From assembly GCA_022813865.1 (NCBI GenBank), contig JALDZX010000023.1, forward strand, positions 124,001 through 188,000: 64,000 bases of DNA. Reading direction: 5' to 3'. The position numbers and the translations under genes are program-made. The notes under the pieces are model-generated. The model made no database searches and was not told where the DNA came from. It saw only the letters and a list, made by a program, of their open reading frames with translations. This stretch comes from Xylographa opegraphella (Eukaryota). Shown piece by piece: positions 24,528 through 37,690 of this stretch; the stretch's first letter is position 1, and each line of letters begins with the position of its first letter.

Positions 24528-26273
24528 CGATTTCGCCTATTGCATGTTCTCGACGGCATGAAGAGCTGGGGTAACAGCAGGTGATAGAGATGTTACAAAA
24601 GCAAAACCGTATGCAACGAACCATAATGCGACGATGCTATTCTATGCAATGGATACCTGATGTTCTCGAACTTCCACATTGTTTTGTTGATCCAGGCGCG
24701 TCAAGGGCTGCGGTTAAATGTTTACCCGGCCTTAAGGGTTCTAAACTAGTCTAGTACATATCTTGTGGTGACTCGGCTCCGCGGTAATATCTTCACGTTT
24801 GTCCTTTCATTTGTACTATACCACAAGTCCTGAATCAGCCGCTGCTTTGCTACTCATGACTGCCTCTCGAATTTGTGTTGTTTCATGATAGGGACACGAA
24901 GAAAACCACAGAGATAGGCTTCCAGTCGATAAATTATGCTGGTACAGCGGGGGACCTAACAACAGCATTGTTATGCAAAGTTGGGTGAAGAATACTTCTG
25001 ATGGAGCTACTATCATACTACTGATATATATCTATGAAGTGCTGAGAGCCGCAATCTGTATCCGAGCCGCTGCTGGTCTTCATTCCCGAATATTTTGCTG
25101 TACCTCACTTTCTGTATCAGTATTACGTATTTATTATGTATTCATGAATGATTTGACCCGCTCGAACAGTGGTGGATTTGATACTCACCTTCATAGATTT
25201 TCTCATGATTACGATTGTTTGTCAAGCAATACATCCTGTTCAATATAGTAGAGCAATCATGATTAATGCAGAAAAATGTGTATGAGGTCCGCAAGAAAGG
25301 TTCTCTGCTCCCTCACACTCGAAAATCTTATGGTACCCTGGACACATTGGCTCGTTTCTTGTAAGCGGGACTTACCTATGCATTCGCTGACAGCAATCCG
25401 GAAGGACCGGGCGCGAATTCTAGGAAGCGCAAGAAATGTCTACCAGATCAACTCACCCTGTGAGCCATTGATTAAAGCAAGGCTTCATGCTTGTGCGGGA
25501 GATTGTGACAGCTACAGTGTATTTTCGTTTGCGAGTGAGCTCTGAAGCAGGATGAAAACAACAGGACGGGCATAATCGGACTGCAATTTAAACTCCCATG
25601 CTCGCATGATAGCAGACAAAGGCCGTACAGTCTTCGTCAGCCGGAACGGTGTGGGAAAATCCTGTATCCTGATGATAGCAATCGTGAAGCGAGTACATTG
25701 ACAACAAGATACATAAGCGTCGGGATGCGAGCCTTCTGGATAACAGACTTGGCTAGCCACGCATCTGTTCAGGCCAAAATACTACAGAAATCAAACTTTG
25801 GAGAAATGGGGGGTGCAAGAGTATCCAGATATTCCGCCCTTCCAGTTGATCTCGTTGAAGTGATTCATAATGCTGGTAGGTGTTTGCTGTGAGCCCATGC
25901 ATATACGCAAGGTCAGCAGAACCCTTTAACAGCCTCTGCTGACCGTTTAACAACCTGACAGCAATGGCCAACCTGGTTTCTTGTCATGTGTCTGTCGCAT
26001 GTGTCGCCGCCTTCGTTGACCTCAAGCTCAACATGAGTTTTCTTTTAGTCGTGTGGTTTGCTATCATGTTCTCTGAAATGCATATATGCTTACTTCTTTC
26101 GGCCATTCTGGTGCAGTACATTTCTCGTCAAGTTCATAGCATCTGATATCCAGAACTCTTCCATTCATACGGTACTGCCATTGGTATTACACTCTCAAGT
26201 GAGCTTAATCAAAATCATACAGGGACTCCTAGCAATCTCCTGTGCTTCAGCTTATTCTGGAATACTTCTGACG

Positions 26274-26525
26274 ATGAGCTCTCCTCCTATTCCACATAAA
26301 AAGGCGACCAAAGGTCAGGTACAATGTCAGCAGGTAGCCTCCAAACTAATACTGATCTATAACGCAGAAGAAAAAGAAGTTCAGAAAGAAGACGAAGCCA
26401 AGCAGGCTGTTATTAAGGAGAAAATTGCGAAGGCTCGAGAGGCTAAGGAAAAATCGAAGGAAGCCAAGCCCCATGGAGACTCAGATAAGGATGCCGGTGG
26501 CAGCCAGCAAAGTACTAAATCGTAG
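26274..26525 (+). CDS. Small highly charged hypothetical protein (~65 aa); probable intron 26314-26367
   Basis: ATG, GTCAGG..CTGAT..CAG intron, K/E-rich helical sequence; no family recognised. Confidence 0.45.
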   Translation: MSSPPIPHKKATKGQVQCQQVASKLILIYNAEEKEVQKEDEAKQAVIKEKIAKAREAKEKSKEAKPHGDSDKDAGGSQQSTKS

Positions 26526-27141
26526 AAGCAGCAACAGCTATAATGCTCCAAACCGATATGATACGCATTCACAGTGGCCTATACAGCAGCTCCCTAAACA
26601 ACCACCTGCGAAGTGTGTAAACAGGTTTGGATGCATGCACTTTGTGTTATGGTTTTCGACCAACGGATCTGTATTATCAGATACGGTATTCACAAACGTT
26701 TGATTCGTGCAAGCATTCACGGCAATCTTACTCGTCATGATTGATTACTGTCGATCATGGCTGGCAAAATATTGTGTACATAGTTTGTGGCTGTAGATCA
26801 TGCATGCTTGTTCAACCAAAGGGCATGTGTCCGCGCTTGTTTCTCCTCTTATGGTCAAAAGAGTCCGGGGCCGCCTGTTCACTTTGTCAACCATTCACCG
26901 CCATGACTGACAACAAAGCAAATCAAGTAAAGCATGAATTAGTTCCTTTGGTTGGTTTTTTGGACAAGGGCGCGAAGAAATATGAATGCATTTGAAATAC
27001 TGCCGCAGCCCCCCCAGGCGTTTTCCCTACTCTCGAATACATCAAAGATTTACTGCATCATAATTTATCAGTATCACAGCGACTTGCGAAGGTAATTATT
27101 TCTTCCATATATCCCTTTATATTTACATTGAAGTTTCCACA

Positions 27142-27537
27142 ATGCGTCTCTCATCATTACTCCTCACCATTTTCGCCACTACCGCGTTTTCTCAAGGCTC
27201 GATTGAAGACTCCGGTCCTCTTGACCGTCGAGAAATCCTAGCTCATACGCCATCGGGCCTCGAGATTGTTGCCTACTCCGGATTTTACTGCCGAGGCAGT
27301 GGATTTCCTATCGCCAATGTTCAATACAGCTACGACTACCCAGGCCAGATCCATAGCTACTCTCTGAGCCGCGATTTGTTACCTGGCGAGCAACTTGATT
27401 TTAGCACATTCAGGGTCACCGAGGGGATCAGTAATCCCGCGTGTGGTAAGTATCTGGCGATGACGCCGAATGAGGTGGTGAAGGGGTGCTATCAGCTGGA
27501 TGTGACGGCGACGTGTCTGCGTCTTTGGCACCATTGA
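27142..27537 (+). CDS. Small secreted cysteine-containing protein (effector candidate), 131 aa
   Basis: Signal peptide MRLSSLLLTIFATTAFS, dibasic LDRR site, four Cys. Confidence 0.8.
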   Translation: MRLSSLLLTIFATTAFSQGSIEDSGPLDRREILAHTPSGLEIVAYSGFYCRGSGFPIANVQYSYDYPGQIHSYSLSRDLLPGEQLDFSTFRVTEGISNPACGKYLAMTPNEVVKGCYQLDVTATCLRLWHH

Positions 27538-28239
27538 AAAATTGCAGAGTATGTGGAATTCGAAATTCGTGTATTGCTTTTTCCTGCTTTTCCCGCTAGC
27601 GATATCAATTTAAGGATGGATCGAGTATCTTGTACCGCGTCAAGTTGATCTTGTATGGTGATGCCAATAGCTTTTCAATTCAAGCATAGCACGGGTGCTC
27701 TGATTAAGCTCTATATCAATATATTGAGAAGTCCTTGATGCGTCTATATCACAGGTTTGTCATGCCGTGATTGCTTGCCAAATATTACTCCACAGATGGA
27801 GGTTTCAGTGTGTCAAGGCCCAGGCAAATGCACCTCCTGCAAAGGAAACTGCAGTTCCAAGATCGGGAGGTATTACCCAAGTGAGGTTATTTCACTGAGT
27901 TCATGCGAGAAGAAGTTGTATGAGAATTTGGAGGTTAATTCTTTGTAAGTGAAGATGGTGTATAATTGACTCGACCCTTTTTGAGTGAGCATTCCCGTTT
28001 GTTTTAGTAGACAAGTTTAATACACGAGGCATTATGTTCCCTCTGCCTCGAAATGTATTGGACGATGAATTTCTGCACAGTGCAATGCACGTAGCCGTCT
28101 CGAGTGGAGCCTGGCTCACATGACGGGTAGCGCTGCGAGGAGTACTTGAGTTGACAGCCCCCAGAACTATTTGAATCATGTTGCCCATTCGGACCCAACA
28201 GCAGCAAAGTAAACCATATAAGACATTCAAGCATTGAAA

Positions 28240-29238
28240 ATGGAGGGATATGCTAAACTCGGTACATATATGGGTAGTTTCCCTCGATCAGCGATCTTTC
28301 GCCGCTTCGGTGCGCTCGGCATGCAAAATCTTCTTTACCTACAAGCAGAGTTGGTTGAACTTGAGACACAATTTCGAGCTTGCTCACGCGCGAATGACCA
28401 GTCTGGAGATCCTGAACAAGCGGTTTTCGACAAGGATTGGTGTACATTGGCTCAGCATAACGACGGTAACGAAATGCAATGGACGCTTGCACTTCGTATC
28501 AGGGAGAAGCTGAAAGAATATGGTGATTGTTCCAAAAGGTCATCCATATTTTGTTCATCATTGACGTTTGCAGGCGACGCAATGATTCAGCAAAGTCACC
28601 TTTGTCGGCTCAAACGACCTGTTGAACATGATATCAAAGCCCTAAAAAAATGGATGAACCGGCCTTCACAGGGTCGGATACGCCTTGTCGGATTGGATAG
28701 CGATGTCTGGGATAACCCTGATACTCGTGATATCATTACCATTGATCATAGTCAGGCGGCAGGGCCGTTCTCATCATGGGTAGCGAATGTTCTGGTGTGG
28801 AAGTACCACGCCCTTATAGGGCATTACTTCAAGGTAACTCTAGTTCCACGTCTCAAAGTGTTTGTTCATTGTAAACAAATAGAAACCAAATCCTGCGGAG
28901 GCTGAATACTGCGCAAACACTGTTCACTACTCGGAAAAAGGGATTCTGAAGGTCGCCACCTTGGTCGCCATGAGTTTCTCGTCCATATTACCAATTGCGG
29001 CTATCAGCGCTTTGTATTGCGTCGATAGTATGCCAATTCGTATTGTGATGACTGCCGCCTTCACAGTATGCTTTACTATCTGCCTTGGTCTTCTCTCAGA
29101 AGCAAAGTCTGTAGATATATTTGCGGCGACCACTGCGTAAGTACAAGACTCCACTTGCATGAGTATATTAGCTAACACCAAAGAAGATTCGCTGCTGTTC
29201 AAGTAGTCTTTATCGGTACCACAGGAAGTTCGACGTAG
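28240..29238 (+). CDS. DUF6594-type membrane protein; introns 28523-28573, 28834-28882, 29137-29186
   Basis: GYAKL..IFRRFGALGMQNLLYLQAELVELE N-terminus and spliced C-terminus IFAATTAFAAVQVVFIGT match the DUF6594 pattern. Confidence 0.85.
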
Positions 29239-29801
29239 TGATTGGAATGTTGCGGAGGGCGGCTTGATCATGACGAGCGAGTACAATCGAGACTCAGACT
29301 GGGAAGGATGAGCGACTGGAATATGGATCATTTTTCACAGTACGAAGACCTGTTGTCTCTGAAGAAGAAAATAAGCAACGTTTTTGCGATACGTGTGGGG
29401 GCTGCCCAATCTACTCGATGAAAGAGTAATAAGTCTCTGAGCATTCGTAAGATGCTAGTAACGTGACCATGAACAGAATTCAAAGCGCATTGGAGGGCTC
29501 TGTCAACTCAAATAAGAGAGTAGTCACGTACGAGCGGCAAGCTCAACGAAGAGCATTGCTACCATGTATACGATTACGATGAACGTGTTGGAGGCCTGCC
29601 CCCTGTATTCTATCTTCCAAAAATAAGCGAGCCTTGCGGCTCTTTCTTAGCTCGTTCTTACGGATTATCAACACAGCGACCACCAGAGACCATTTCCAGT
29701 ATGGAGTAAATCTTCAACTTCTTCGACCGCCCTTCCACCGAAGCCTCTCCACGTCTCTACACTATACGTACTATACACGCCTCACCATCTCCCACCCCAC
29801 A

Positions 29802-30992
29802 ATGCGCCCTCCCCCTCTCCTCCCGCTCACCCTCCTCTCCCTCCTCGCCCTCCCCGCCCTCGCGACCCACACCTCCAACTGGGCCGTCCTTATCTCCACC
29901 TCCCGCTTCTGGTTCAACTACCGCCACCTCGCAAACGTGCTCTCGCTCTACCGCACCGTCAAACGGCTCGGCATCCCGGATTCGCAGATCCTGCTCCTCC
30001 TCCCCGACGACATGGCGTGCAACCCGCGCAACGCGTTCGCGGGTAGCGTGTACAACAACGCCGCGCGGGCGATCGACCTGTACGGCAGCAACATCGAGGT
30101 CGACTACCGCGGGTACGAGGTCACGGTGGAGGCCTTCATCCGGCTGCTGACGGACCGGCTGGGCGCGGACGTGCCGCGCGGGAAGCGCCTCGGCAGCGAC
30201 GCGGGCAGCAACGTGCTTGTCTACATGACCGGCCACGGCGGCAAGGAGTTCCTCAAGTTCCAGGACAGCGAGGAGATCGGCGCCTGGGACCTGGCCGACG
30301 CCTTCGAGCAGATGTGGGAGAAGCGCCGCTACCACGAGATGCTCTTCATGATCGACACCTGCCAGGCGAACACCATGTACACCAAGTTCTACAGCCCCAA
30401 CATCATCGCCACGGGCAGCTCCGCGCTAGATCAGAGCAGTTACAGCCATCATGCCGATAGTGATGTGGGCGTCGCGGTCATCGATCGCTATACGTATTAC
30501 AATCTCGAGTTCTTGGAGCAGAGGGTGAGCGGGGTGGGGAGCGAGGTCACGGTGGGGGAGCTGTTCGATAGCTACGACGAGGGGAAGATACACAGCCAGC
30601 CGGGGGTGCGGTGGGATCTGTTCCGGGGCGGCGAGGAGGAGGGTCGCAAGAGGTTGGTGACGGACTTCTTCGGGAACGTGCAGGGTGTGGAGGTGGACGA
30701 CGGGGCCGCGGGATGGGGTGGCAACGAGAGCGAGTGGCGGGAGGACATGCGGCGCTTGGAAGAGATCTGGAGGCGAGGGAAGGAACTGGAAAGGGAGATG
30801 CAGGGCGGGAATACAACGGACGATGAAGCGCAAGGGCAGGTTCCGACGAAAGTGATTAAAAAGCGGAGAATGCAGGGTGCGGCGAAGATTGAAGCTGGAT
30901 CGAGTTGGAGCCAGCGACTCATGGGCGCGAGCGCCCTACTGGGATGTGCATTGGCTTGGGGTGGAGCCTCATGGTTGAAAACCTTGCGGTAA
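29802..30992 (+). CDS. GPI8: GPI-anchor transamidase catalytic subunit (peptidase C13)
   Basis: Signal peptide, HTSNWAVL..SRFWFNYRHLAN, catalytic TGHGG and DTCQA, C-terminal hydrophobic segment; no intron seen. Confidence 0.97.
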   Translation: MRPPPLLPLTLLSLLALPALATHTSNWAVLISTSRFWFNYRHLANVLSLYRTVKRLGIPDSQILLLLPDDMACNPRNAFAGSVYNNAARAIDLYGSNIEVDYRGYEVTVEAFIRLLTDRLGADVPRGKRLGSDAGSNVLVYMTGHGGKEFLKFQDSEEIGAWDLADAFEQMWEKRRYHEMLFMIDTCQANTMYTKFYSPNIIATGSSALDQSSYSHHADSDVGVAVIDRYTYYNLEFLEQRVSGVGSEVTVGELFDSYDEGKIHSQPGVRWDLFRGGEEEGRKRLVTDFFGNVQGVEVDDGAAGWGGNESEWREDMRRLEEIWRRGKELEREMQGGNTTDDEAQGQVPTKVIKKRRMQGAAKIEAGSSWSQRLMGASALLGCALAWGGASWLKTLR

Positions 30993-31257
30993 TTTTTCAG
31001 CGGTCCTCCATAAGCAAGGCGTCTGTGAATTGCATCATCAGCGGTGTTGGGTTATGTAACATGGAATTGTGCAGGTTCCTCTCACGACCATGCTAATCAG
31101 TCAGTTCGTTGTCTCTGGTCAGAAGCATGGGGTTGTTTTCTTCAGTCAAGAGCATGGAGAGGAAAGTAATGCATGACAGCAATGCATTACGCCTCTCCAA
31201 GGCATTCCAATGCTCTCTATGCCACTTTTGTCGCATACCACAAATACACAGACATTG

Positions 31258-33218
31258 TCACCTTCCACTCATAGTCCATCTTCTTTTCGGCCCCTTCTCC
31301 CGTTCGCTAGAGATCTCTGATGGCGGAGCAGCCCACAGCCCCAGGCTGCTCTTCCGATCCCGAGTACTAGTCATGGGTATTGATTCATCCTCATTCATAT
31401 CCCGAGGTGGCCTATTTTCAATTCCTTTGGCAGCAATCTGATCAGACTCTAGCGTTGATTTGCTCCATAGTCCCGAATTGGACCGCTCCGTTGCATTGCT
31501 GGAGCTCCGTTGGGCCCTGGTAGAATTGGTGGGCTCTGGAAACTTGAAACCACCGTCAATGGGACTTTCGTATACCATTGTTGAAGCCGTCGAACCGATT
31601 CGACTCCTCTGGTGTATAGGGTGATGTGTGAGACTAGTCTGCATTGGCTCTGCTCTGGAGAAAGAAAGAGAGGATCCAGACCGCAGATGATCGGTAGAAG
31701 CCACAAGGCGGACATCATATTCGGCAGATATGCCATAGTCAATCGACGAACGCCTTCTCACGGAAACTGACGGAACGGTAATTTCTGTGTGTTCAGTCCT
31801 CTTGTCTTTACGAGTAGCCATAGTCAGAGAAGACATGCCAACATCTAAGAGGACCGGCTGATTGGTGAGAGCGCCGATGAGTGCGTTGCATCCCGCACCA
31901 TGGGTGACGAGAATTAGCACTGTATCTGTATCCATGTCCTCTTCCACACCCACATCAGACCTCGAAGTGGTGCCGTCCTCGTGTGTAGAATACCAGAGGA
32001 TCATCTGCTGGAGGCCTTTCCGGAAGCGATGGTGCATAAAGCTCCATTCTTCGCCGTATTCACCGCCATGTCCCCAATCATGAGGGGGTCGCATACTGTC
32101 CCACCCCAAATCGACATCCACACATGCATCTCGAGCGTGTGCTACATATCCTTGAGGAATGGCATCGGCTGGAGATAAAGCGTAGTTTGGGACTGGCGAA
32201 GTATACTCGATAGCCTGCCCGGTTGTTCTGCTGACGGTTTGCAAGGGTGGACGATCGATCATGCCTTTAGAGACCTGAGAGTTGCTCTGACTGCTAACTC
32301 GATCATTTTTAGGCAACGCATGATTGAGGCTAGGCAGAGTCGATAGAGGACCATCGACATCGACTGCGATACTATCCCGTGTTGTTGACCAGGGATTGCC
32401 CCACCCGCCAGGAAAGTTACCTTGAACTAACGTGCTTCTAGAACAGTCTTGTGAGGAGTGAATGTTCTCGTGGCGCAGAAGGTCGGCCTTCGCACTGGCG
32501 ATCATCATGACGGAGTCAGGAGGAGGAGTTATTGATTCGTAGTAATCGGGAGACATCCATTCGCCGAGGAACGCATCCAATCTAAGCCTCACCTTGTTCA
32601 CGCTTCGTGGGTTTAGCTGTAAAGTCTGCGAAAGATTTGTGCTATCTTCATCAGGCTCCAGAATTGCGGATAATTTGGGACTTTGTATGATCTCTGATTC
32701 GCGGTGGCGCAAAGATCCCGAACGCATAAGACCTGTTTTCGAAGAAGCGCGAGTGTGGGTGTTTTGATCAGCTCCATAGTACTGATTCAAGCCGGCGCTG
32801 ATCGCTACAGAGGTCTGGACACATCGCAGGAACGGCGAGGAGTGTATTGTAATTTTATGCTTCTTTCTGTTTGTCCGACTTTGCCTGCGCCTGAGATAGC
32901 TTTCATGGCGAGTTCCAATCACATTACTGTGCTCCCCGGGGTCAGGGACATGTGAGCCCCTACCCAAGGTATCATTTTGGTGTAGTTCTTCTCGGGCGTG
33001 TAGCAAGCTGGCTATCCGTGCACCCAGCGTGCGAGACTGTGTCCAGCCACCATACGTCAAGGGAGGGTCATATGGTGTTGGCGATGTCAGGTGCCACTGC
33101 TTGTCGGCAGCATCTAATCTTGCTCCATGTCTGGCACAACTTGTCAGCGAAGTTTGTTTCGGGCAGAACGTAATACAACATACCGTACAATGATGAGTAC
33201 AGCAGGGGGCCGGCCCAT
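31258..33218 (-). CDS. Histidine phosphatase (phosphoglycerate mutase family) protein; intron 33131-33183
   Basis: Spliced N-terminus MGRPPAVLIIVRHGARLDAAD, SSPFLRCVQT, FLGEW, LVTHGAGCNALIGAL. Confidence 0.9.
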
Positions 33219-35360
33219 AACAGTATTTCGCGACACCAAGCTCGGAGGCAATCAATATGGCATTTGGCCGCGAATGTGTCTTTCGAGAGAGCCTTGACGC
33301 GCAGTTGGATTGATGGTGCCCAGCGCTCTGCTCTGGATTGCAGGCTTAAATTCGTCACCAAAGTACAAAGTACGGTACTTCGTAAGCTGCCGTCGCGTAC
33401 GTCACTCAATGTGGCGCGCCGTTGACAGGGAGACTCATCGCGGTTGGGTTAATCGGTAGACTGAAATATATGTACAGATGAACAATAGCTGATTTGGAAG
33501 CTTTTGCCGACTCTTGACCTTCGTATCTCTCTTTCTCGTGGTACTACGCACATTTCTCTCACTCCCTTGAATGTTTTCTGCCTAGCTTAGTGCGACCACT
33601 TGACATGTGATTGATTTCGTGAGTCAGCACATGGGCTAGCTCACGGATATAACAGCTAGCAGCCGAGACTAACCGTCTACGGCAAGCACATACGGGATGT
33701 ACTAGTGCTTTGTACCTCCGCCAGAATGTTTGGTGAGACCAAGAGGCCAGATGTCCAACATATCGTGGACATGGACGACACGAGTGGTGTCTCGAGATGT
33801 ATGGGCCCTTAACCAGGCTACGATGCGCATTAGCGTGGACCACCTCCGTCGACCCGACCGTTGGGTCTCGGCAGCCGCTGCATAGGCTCGACCAACGGCC
33901 TGCTCTAATTGCCATTCGGCCCTTGTCCAAGAGATTCAAGCTGGACCAGTAGAGCACCACTGATTCGACAAGACGAGGTCCGGGATCTATCATCGGAGAC
34001 GCTGACGATCCATGGTTTCAAGTACCAGGTAATGCGACATGAGAATGAGTGGGAGAGCTCGTCGAATCAAGCTAAACTGGTCGACCTCGAGGCGCATCTA
34101 TCCATCCGCCACGGGCTGAAGTAGGCCTGCTAGCCGTGATTAGGAAATACGGACTCGTTCTGTACACGGCGCCACGCCCCAGCACGGGTCGCCCTCGCCT
34201 CACAGCAGCATCTCCTTCTATGAAAGTCTCCGAACAGAGACTACGCCACCGAGGCACAGTAGGTAGACCCGCATCGACCAAGTTGCCATGCCATCGACGC
34301 ACGCACGGCTTGCTGGTCAGTCCCGACACGTCGCTTTCGAGGCCCAATATCTACATACCTTATGATACTGTGGTAGACGTCGATCAATAGCTTTCTCCTC
34401 AACGAGCCAGACCGTTCGGTTCCAAGCCAGGCCCTTTCGTTTCATCGTCCACTCGATCCCTGTCGCCGGAGCTACGGGCAAGGCTGACCAATCAGCGACG
34501 CTAGGCAGAGTACTCGAGCAATTACTCCGTACTTACTGTGTCCATCTTCAAGCACGTTCTATATCGATATCAGAATTTGTTTCTTGTATTTTCCTGCTCG
34601 ACTAGCATCATCTAGTCCAGTTTCGTCCCCTTACCGCAATCAGCAGTCTGACTAAATGGTCACTCCCCGTTTCTCACCGCTGTCTGCCCAGATGTCTGTT
34701 ATTCGTCAGTCTCATGCGCTCTCCCGCTCGGGAATTTCGAGACATCCGCCTTTGCAGTAGAAACCGAAGCAGATGACTGATCTCCCCCGGGATCCATGGC
34801 ATGTTCCAAAGCACATGGCTTCCACTAGCTTGCTGCGAACGATGTCGCTATGCCTCCTCCACCATAGTGCGGGCGTCCTAACACGACTGACCTCTCGATC
34901 CGGTCTGGACATGAGGCCAGATCCCGCTCGCATCATATACCATGCTAACAGAACGATCTGATCTATGAGGCTGGGCAGTCGTTAAGTATTCAAATGGACC
35001 CGTAGTTGCTGTCTTCGCGCCTTGCAGCATATCTTCTCCGTCTTGTGGCATGTAACCCTCGCTCTGATACGCTCTCGAACTGGACCTGTACGCGGTCGCT
35101 CGTTTTTCTCCCATTTTCTTGCCTTCATGTTTCAAGTCTGCTACCTTCAACGAACACAAAGCGCAACCACCGTTCCTGCATCCGAGTCCTAAGGCAGAAG
35201 GCTCAAGTTGAGGGTGGGATATGTACTGAACCTGAGCGTCTCTGGTACTCCTGGATCGCAAAGTGTCACCTTCGATGAATCTACATCTATCTCTCTATTC
35301 TGTTCGCCGCCCTCCTGATCGTAATCCTAAGATATCCACTAACAGCAAAGCCCCCACGCC

Positions 35361-37118
35361 ATGAAAATAGCTCCAGTCATTGCAATCTCATCACTACTTG
35401 TTGGCTTTGTGCTACTCGCCGTCTCCACCTTCAGCTACCACATGTTCTCGAAAAGACGAAAATACCTCGATCAACTTGCCAAGCAGGGCCTTGATCTAAA
35501 GTCCTCTACACGGATATACACGGTCATGGATGGCAAAGTTGTCCCAATACGAAAAACGAAGTGGGCCAGTGCTTTCGGCAAAATAAACCGGCATACGTAC
35601 TCGACAGGCCAACGAGGATCAAAGCCAACAGAACGAATATCACGCAATGTCGTCACTGATCTCGAAACAGCAGTCAATGACTGCCATGAGAGATCGACCG
35701 ATAGACAGCCTCAGCTTTACTATCTCCCGCAGGCTTCAGATCTGCTTGGCTGCCCCGTTTACTCACCGCTGAAGCCACTGCCACGCATTCACGATGCTCA
35801 GGTGAAGAGAAAGCGGGGACAGCATCATTTGGAGCAGACGCTACCACCGAAGTATAGCTACATAAGCAAGAGCTCAACAATCAAAGGGTACAGCACCGCT
35901 TCACCACGTCCTGTGCAAAAGGAGGGCCAGAGATCCACTGCGACTTCAAAACCGGTGGCTCAAATTTCACTTCAAGAAGGTATCAGGACGTCTGAGCCAA
36001 TAACCAGCAAAGCTCCATCGACTTACGCCTTACCGAGAGAACCCCAAGTATCGATGTCATCGAGTGGGCCTTACCATGTTAGGGTAAGACAGGCGAGCAA
36101 CCACAGGCCCAATACCATTACACCTCTGGCCAATAGAGAGGTAAATGCCAGTCTCCTGCCGGTCCCTCTGGGTCTATTACCTCCAATCGTCAAAGACCTA
36201 CCCCTCTCTCCAATCAGGACTCCAGAAGACAACCCGACAACGCCAGTCAGTCAGCGCCTAGTTCTGCAGCGGAGTTCCCCGAAGCCCAACTTTGACATGA
36301 CCGTTTTGCAAGCTGCGTCGGTAAGTGCAATACCGCACTCGGCTTTCTATCCGTATCGCTTCCCGTGCGGTGGACCAAGACAGCCTCGGAAGTCATACCG
36401 AGCAATTCTCAAATCCACCGATACTACGGACTCCCTGCCTATCCGGGCTTCGTCCGAGTGTAATGCCAACATACAACGAGAACAGGTTGGAATCGCACCG
36501 TCTTCGGATCTTGGGCCCCATAGCGCTCCATCTCGGTCCAAGCCAACGACCAGACGTACTGGATCTTCACCTCCAAACGAATCGCCACCACCACACAACG
36601 CATCATCATCAGATAATACACAGTCGCAGCTTCCTGAGCCAGATGCGCCCGGAGAGGCGTTTTCGTGGCTTGCCGATCCCAGCCTCAGCGTTTCCGCCAA
36701 GTCTTCCAGTTCGAGTCGGGATGCACAGCAACATCGGATTAAGGCGGCAAAAGCAAGCGAGGAGAGTGCCCGAGTGGTACACCAGTCGTTCTTAGATCCA
36801 GCCACGCCGACATCAGGATCGATGACAGAGATCCGAGGGAAGCACGTGTCTTCCGCCGGGCCTTACAGCGCGTTCGAGATAGCACAGGCGTACCGCATGG
36901 GCAACGCACGCTGCGTCAGCATCTACTCGAGATTCGCACAGCCGGTCGAACGACAAGGCGTGTCGGCTCGACTCCAAAAGCCCGGTCGGTTGAGTGCGGC
37001 AAGCTCCCGGCGGGACAAACCGCTCCCGTCGCCTCGTTCGAACCACTCTGGCCACGCAGCCAGCGCCTCGGCACAGTCGTTCGTCGTCTCCCCACTTTCA
37101 TCTACATTTACGCGTTAG
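35361..37118 (+). CDS. Hypothetical single-pass membrane protein with long Ser/Pro-rich disordered tail
   Basis: 585-aa ORF, N-terminal hydrophobic helix followed by KRRK; true start may lie in an upstream exon. Confidence 0.65.
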   Translation: MKIAPVIAISSLLVGFVLLAVSTFSYHMFSKRRKYLDQLAKQGLDLKSSTRIYTVMDGKVVPIRKTKWASAFGKINRHTYSTGQRGSKPTERISRNVVTDLETAVNDCHERSTDRQPQLYYLPQASDLLGCPVYSPLKPLPRIHDAQVKRKRGQHHLEQTLPPKYSYISKSSTIKGYSTASPRPVQKEGQRSTATSKPVAQISLQEGIRTSEPITSKAPSTYALPREPQVSMSSSGPYHVRVRQASNHRPNTITPLANREVNASLLPVPLGLLPPIVKDLPLSPIRTPEDNPTTPVSQRLVLQRSSPKPNFDMTVLQAASVSAIPHSAFYPYRFPCGGPRQPRKSYRAILKSTDTTDSLPIRASSECNANIQREQVGIAPSSDLGPHSAPSRSKPTTRRTGSSPPNESPPPHNASSSDNTQSQLPEPDAPGEAFSWLADPSLSVSAKSSSSSRDAQQHRIKAAKASEESARVVHQSFLDPATPTSGSMTEIRGKHVSSAGPYSAFEIAQAYRMGNARCVSIYSRFAQPVERQGVSARLQKPGRLSAASSRRDKPLPSPRSNHSGHAASASAQSFVVSPLSSTFTR

Positions 37119-37683
37119 TGGCAGGGCTGTTGGGAGGCATTTGTCGTGGAGTTGGTGGACGTGTCACCGAGGACGGAATGTTTGTCGTATGCAATAAGGA
37201 GTACTAGTAATCATATAGTTCTTAATTTTCCATCTCGAAGCCTTTGCCGCTTCTACGTGTCAGGCTACATACAGCGAAAGGAGGAATGCGTGTACTGATG
37301 CGTACGCCCTGTGCTTGGCAGCGCTTTTTAGATATTCCGTCCCGCCTCTACTATTCTATGACGTAGCTAGGCTCGTACCTTGCTCGAACCTTACCTAATC
37401 CACTGCCACGGGTCGTTGCCCCGCACCTGCATGCGCCCGGGGGTTGTTGGTTGTGCCCCACTATATAGGGCGACTGTGGTTCGCTTATCGTGATCCTAGT
37501 CCCTGTTCGGGAGGTGGTCGCCATTCCTCAACGATAGCATGGAGACGCTTGGGGGAATGGGGATGGATGCTGACGCCCGTGATCTACGTGGACTGGCCCG
37601 AAGACTCAGCATTACGACTTCATGCCTGCCTGCGACCTCCAGCTTTTCATCAGTAGAGATCTCTGCGGCCTTGTCCTTTGCCC

Positions 37684-37690
37684 TATATAA
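37684..37690 (+). promoter_or_regulatory. Candidate TATA box of the bleomycin hydrolase gene
   Basis: TATATAA about 40-90 bp upstream of candidate ATGs at 37727 and 37778. Confidence 0.45.

Noticed and set aside
33400..35300. Long intergenic region with short ORFs as hidden gene or ncRNA
   Set aside because: No snRNA, snoRNA or riboswitch motif recognised; consistent with divergent promoters.
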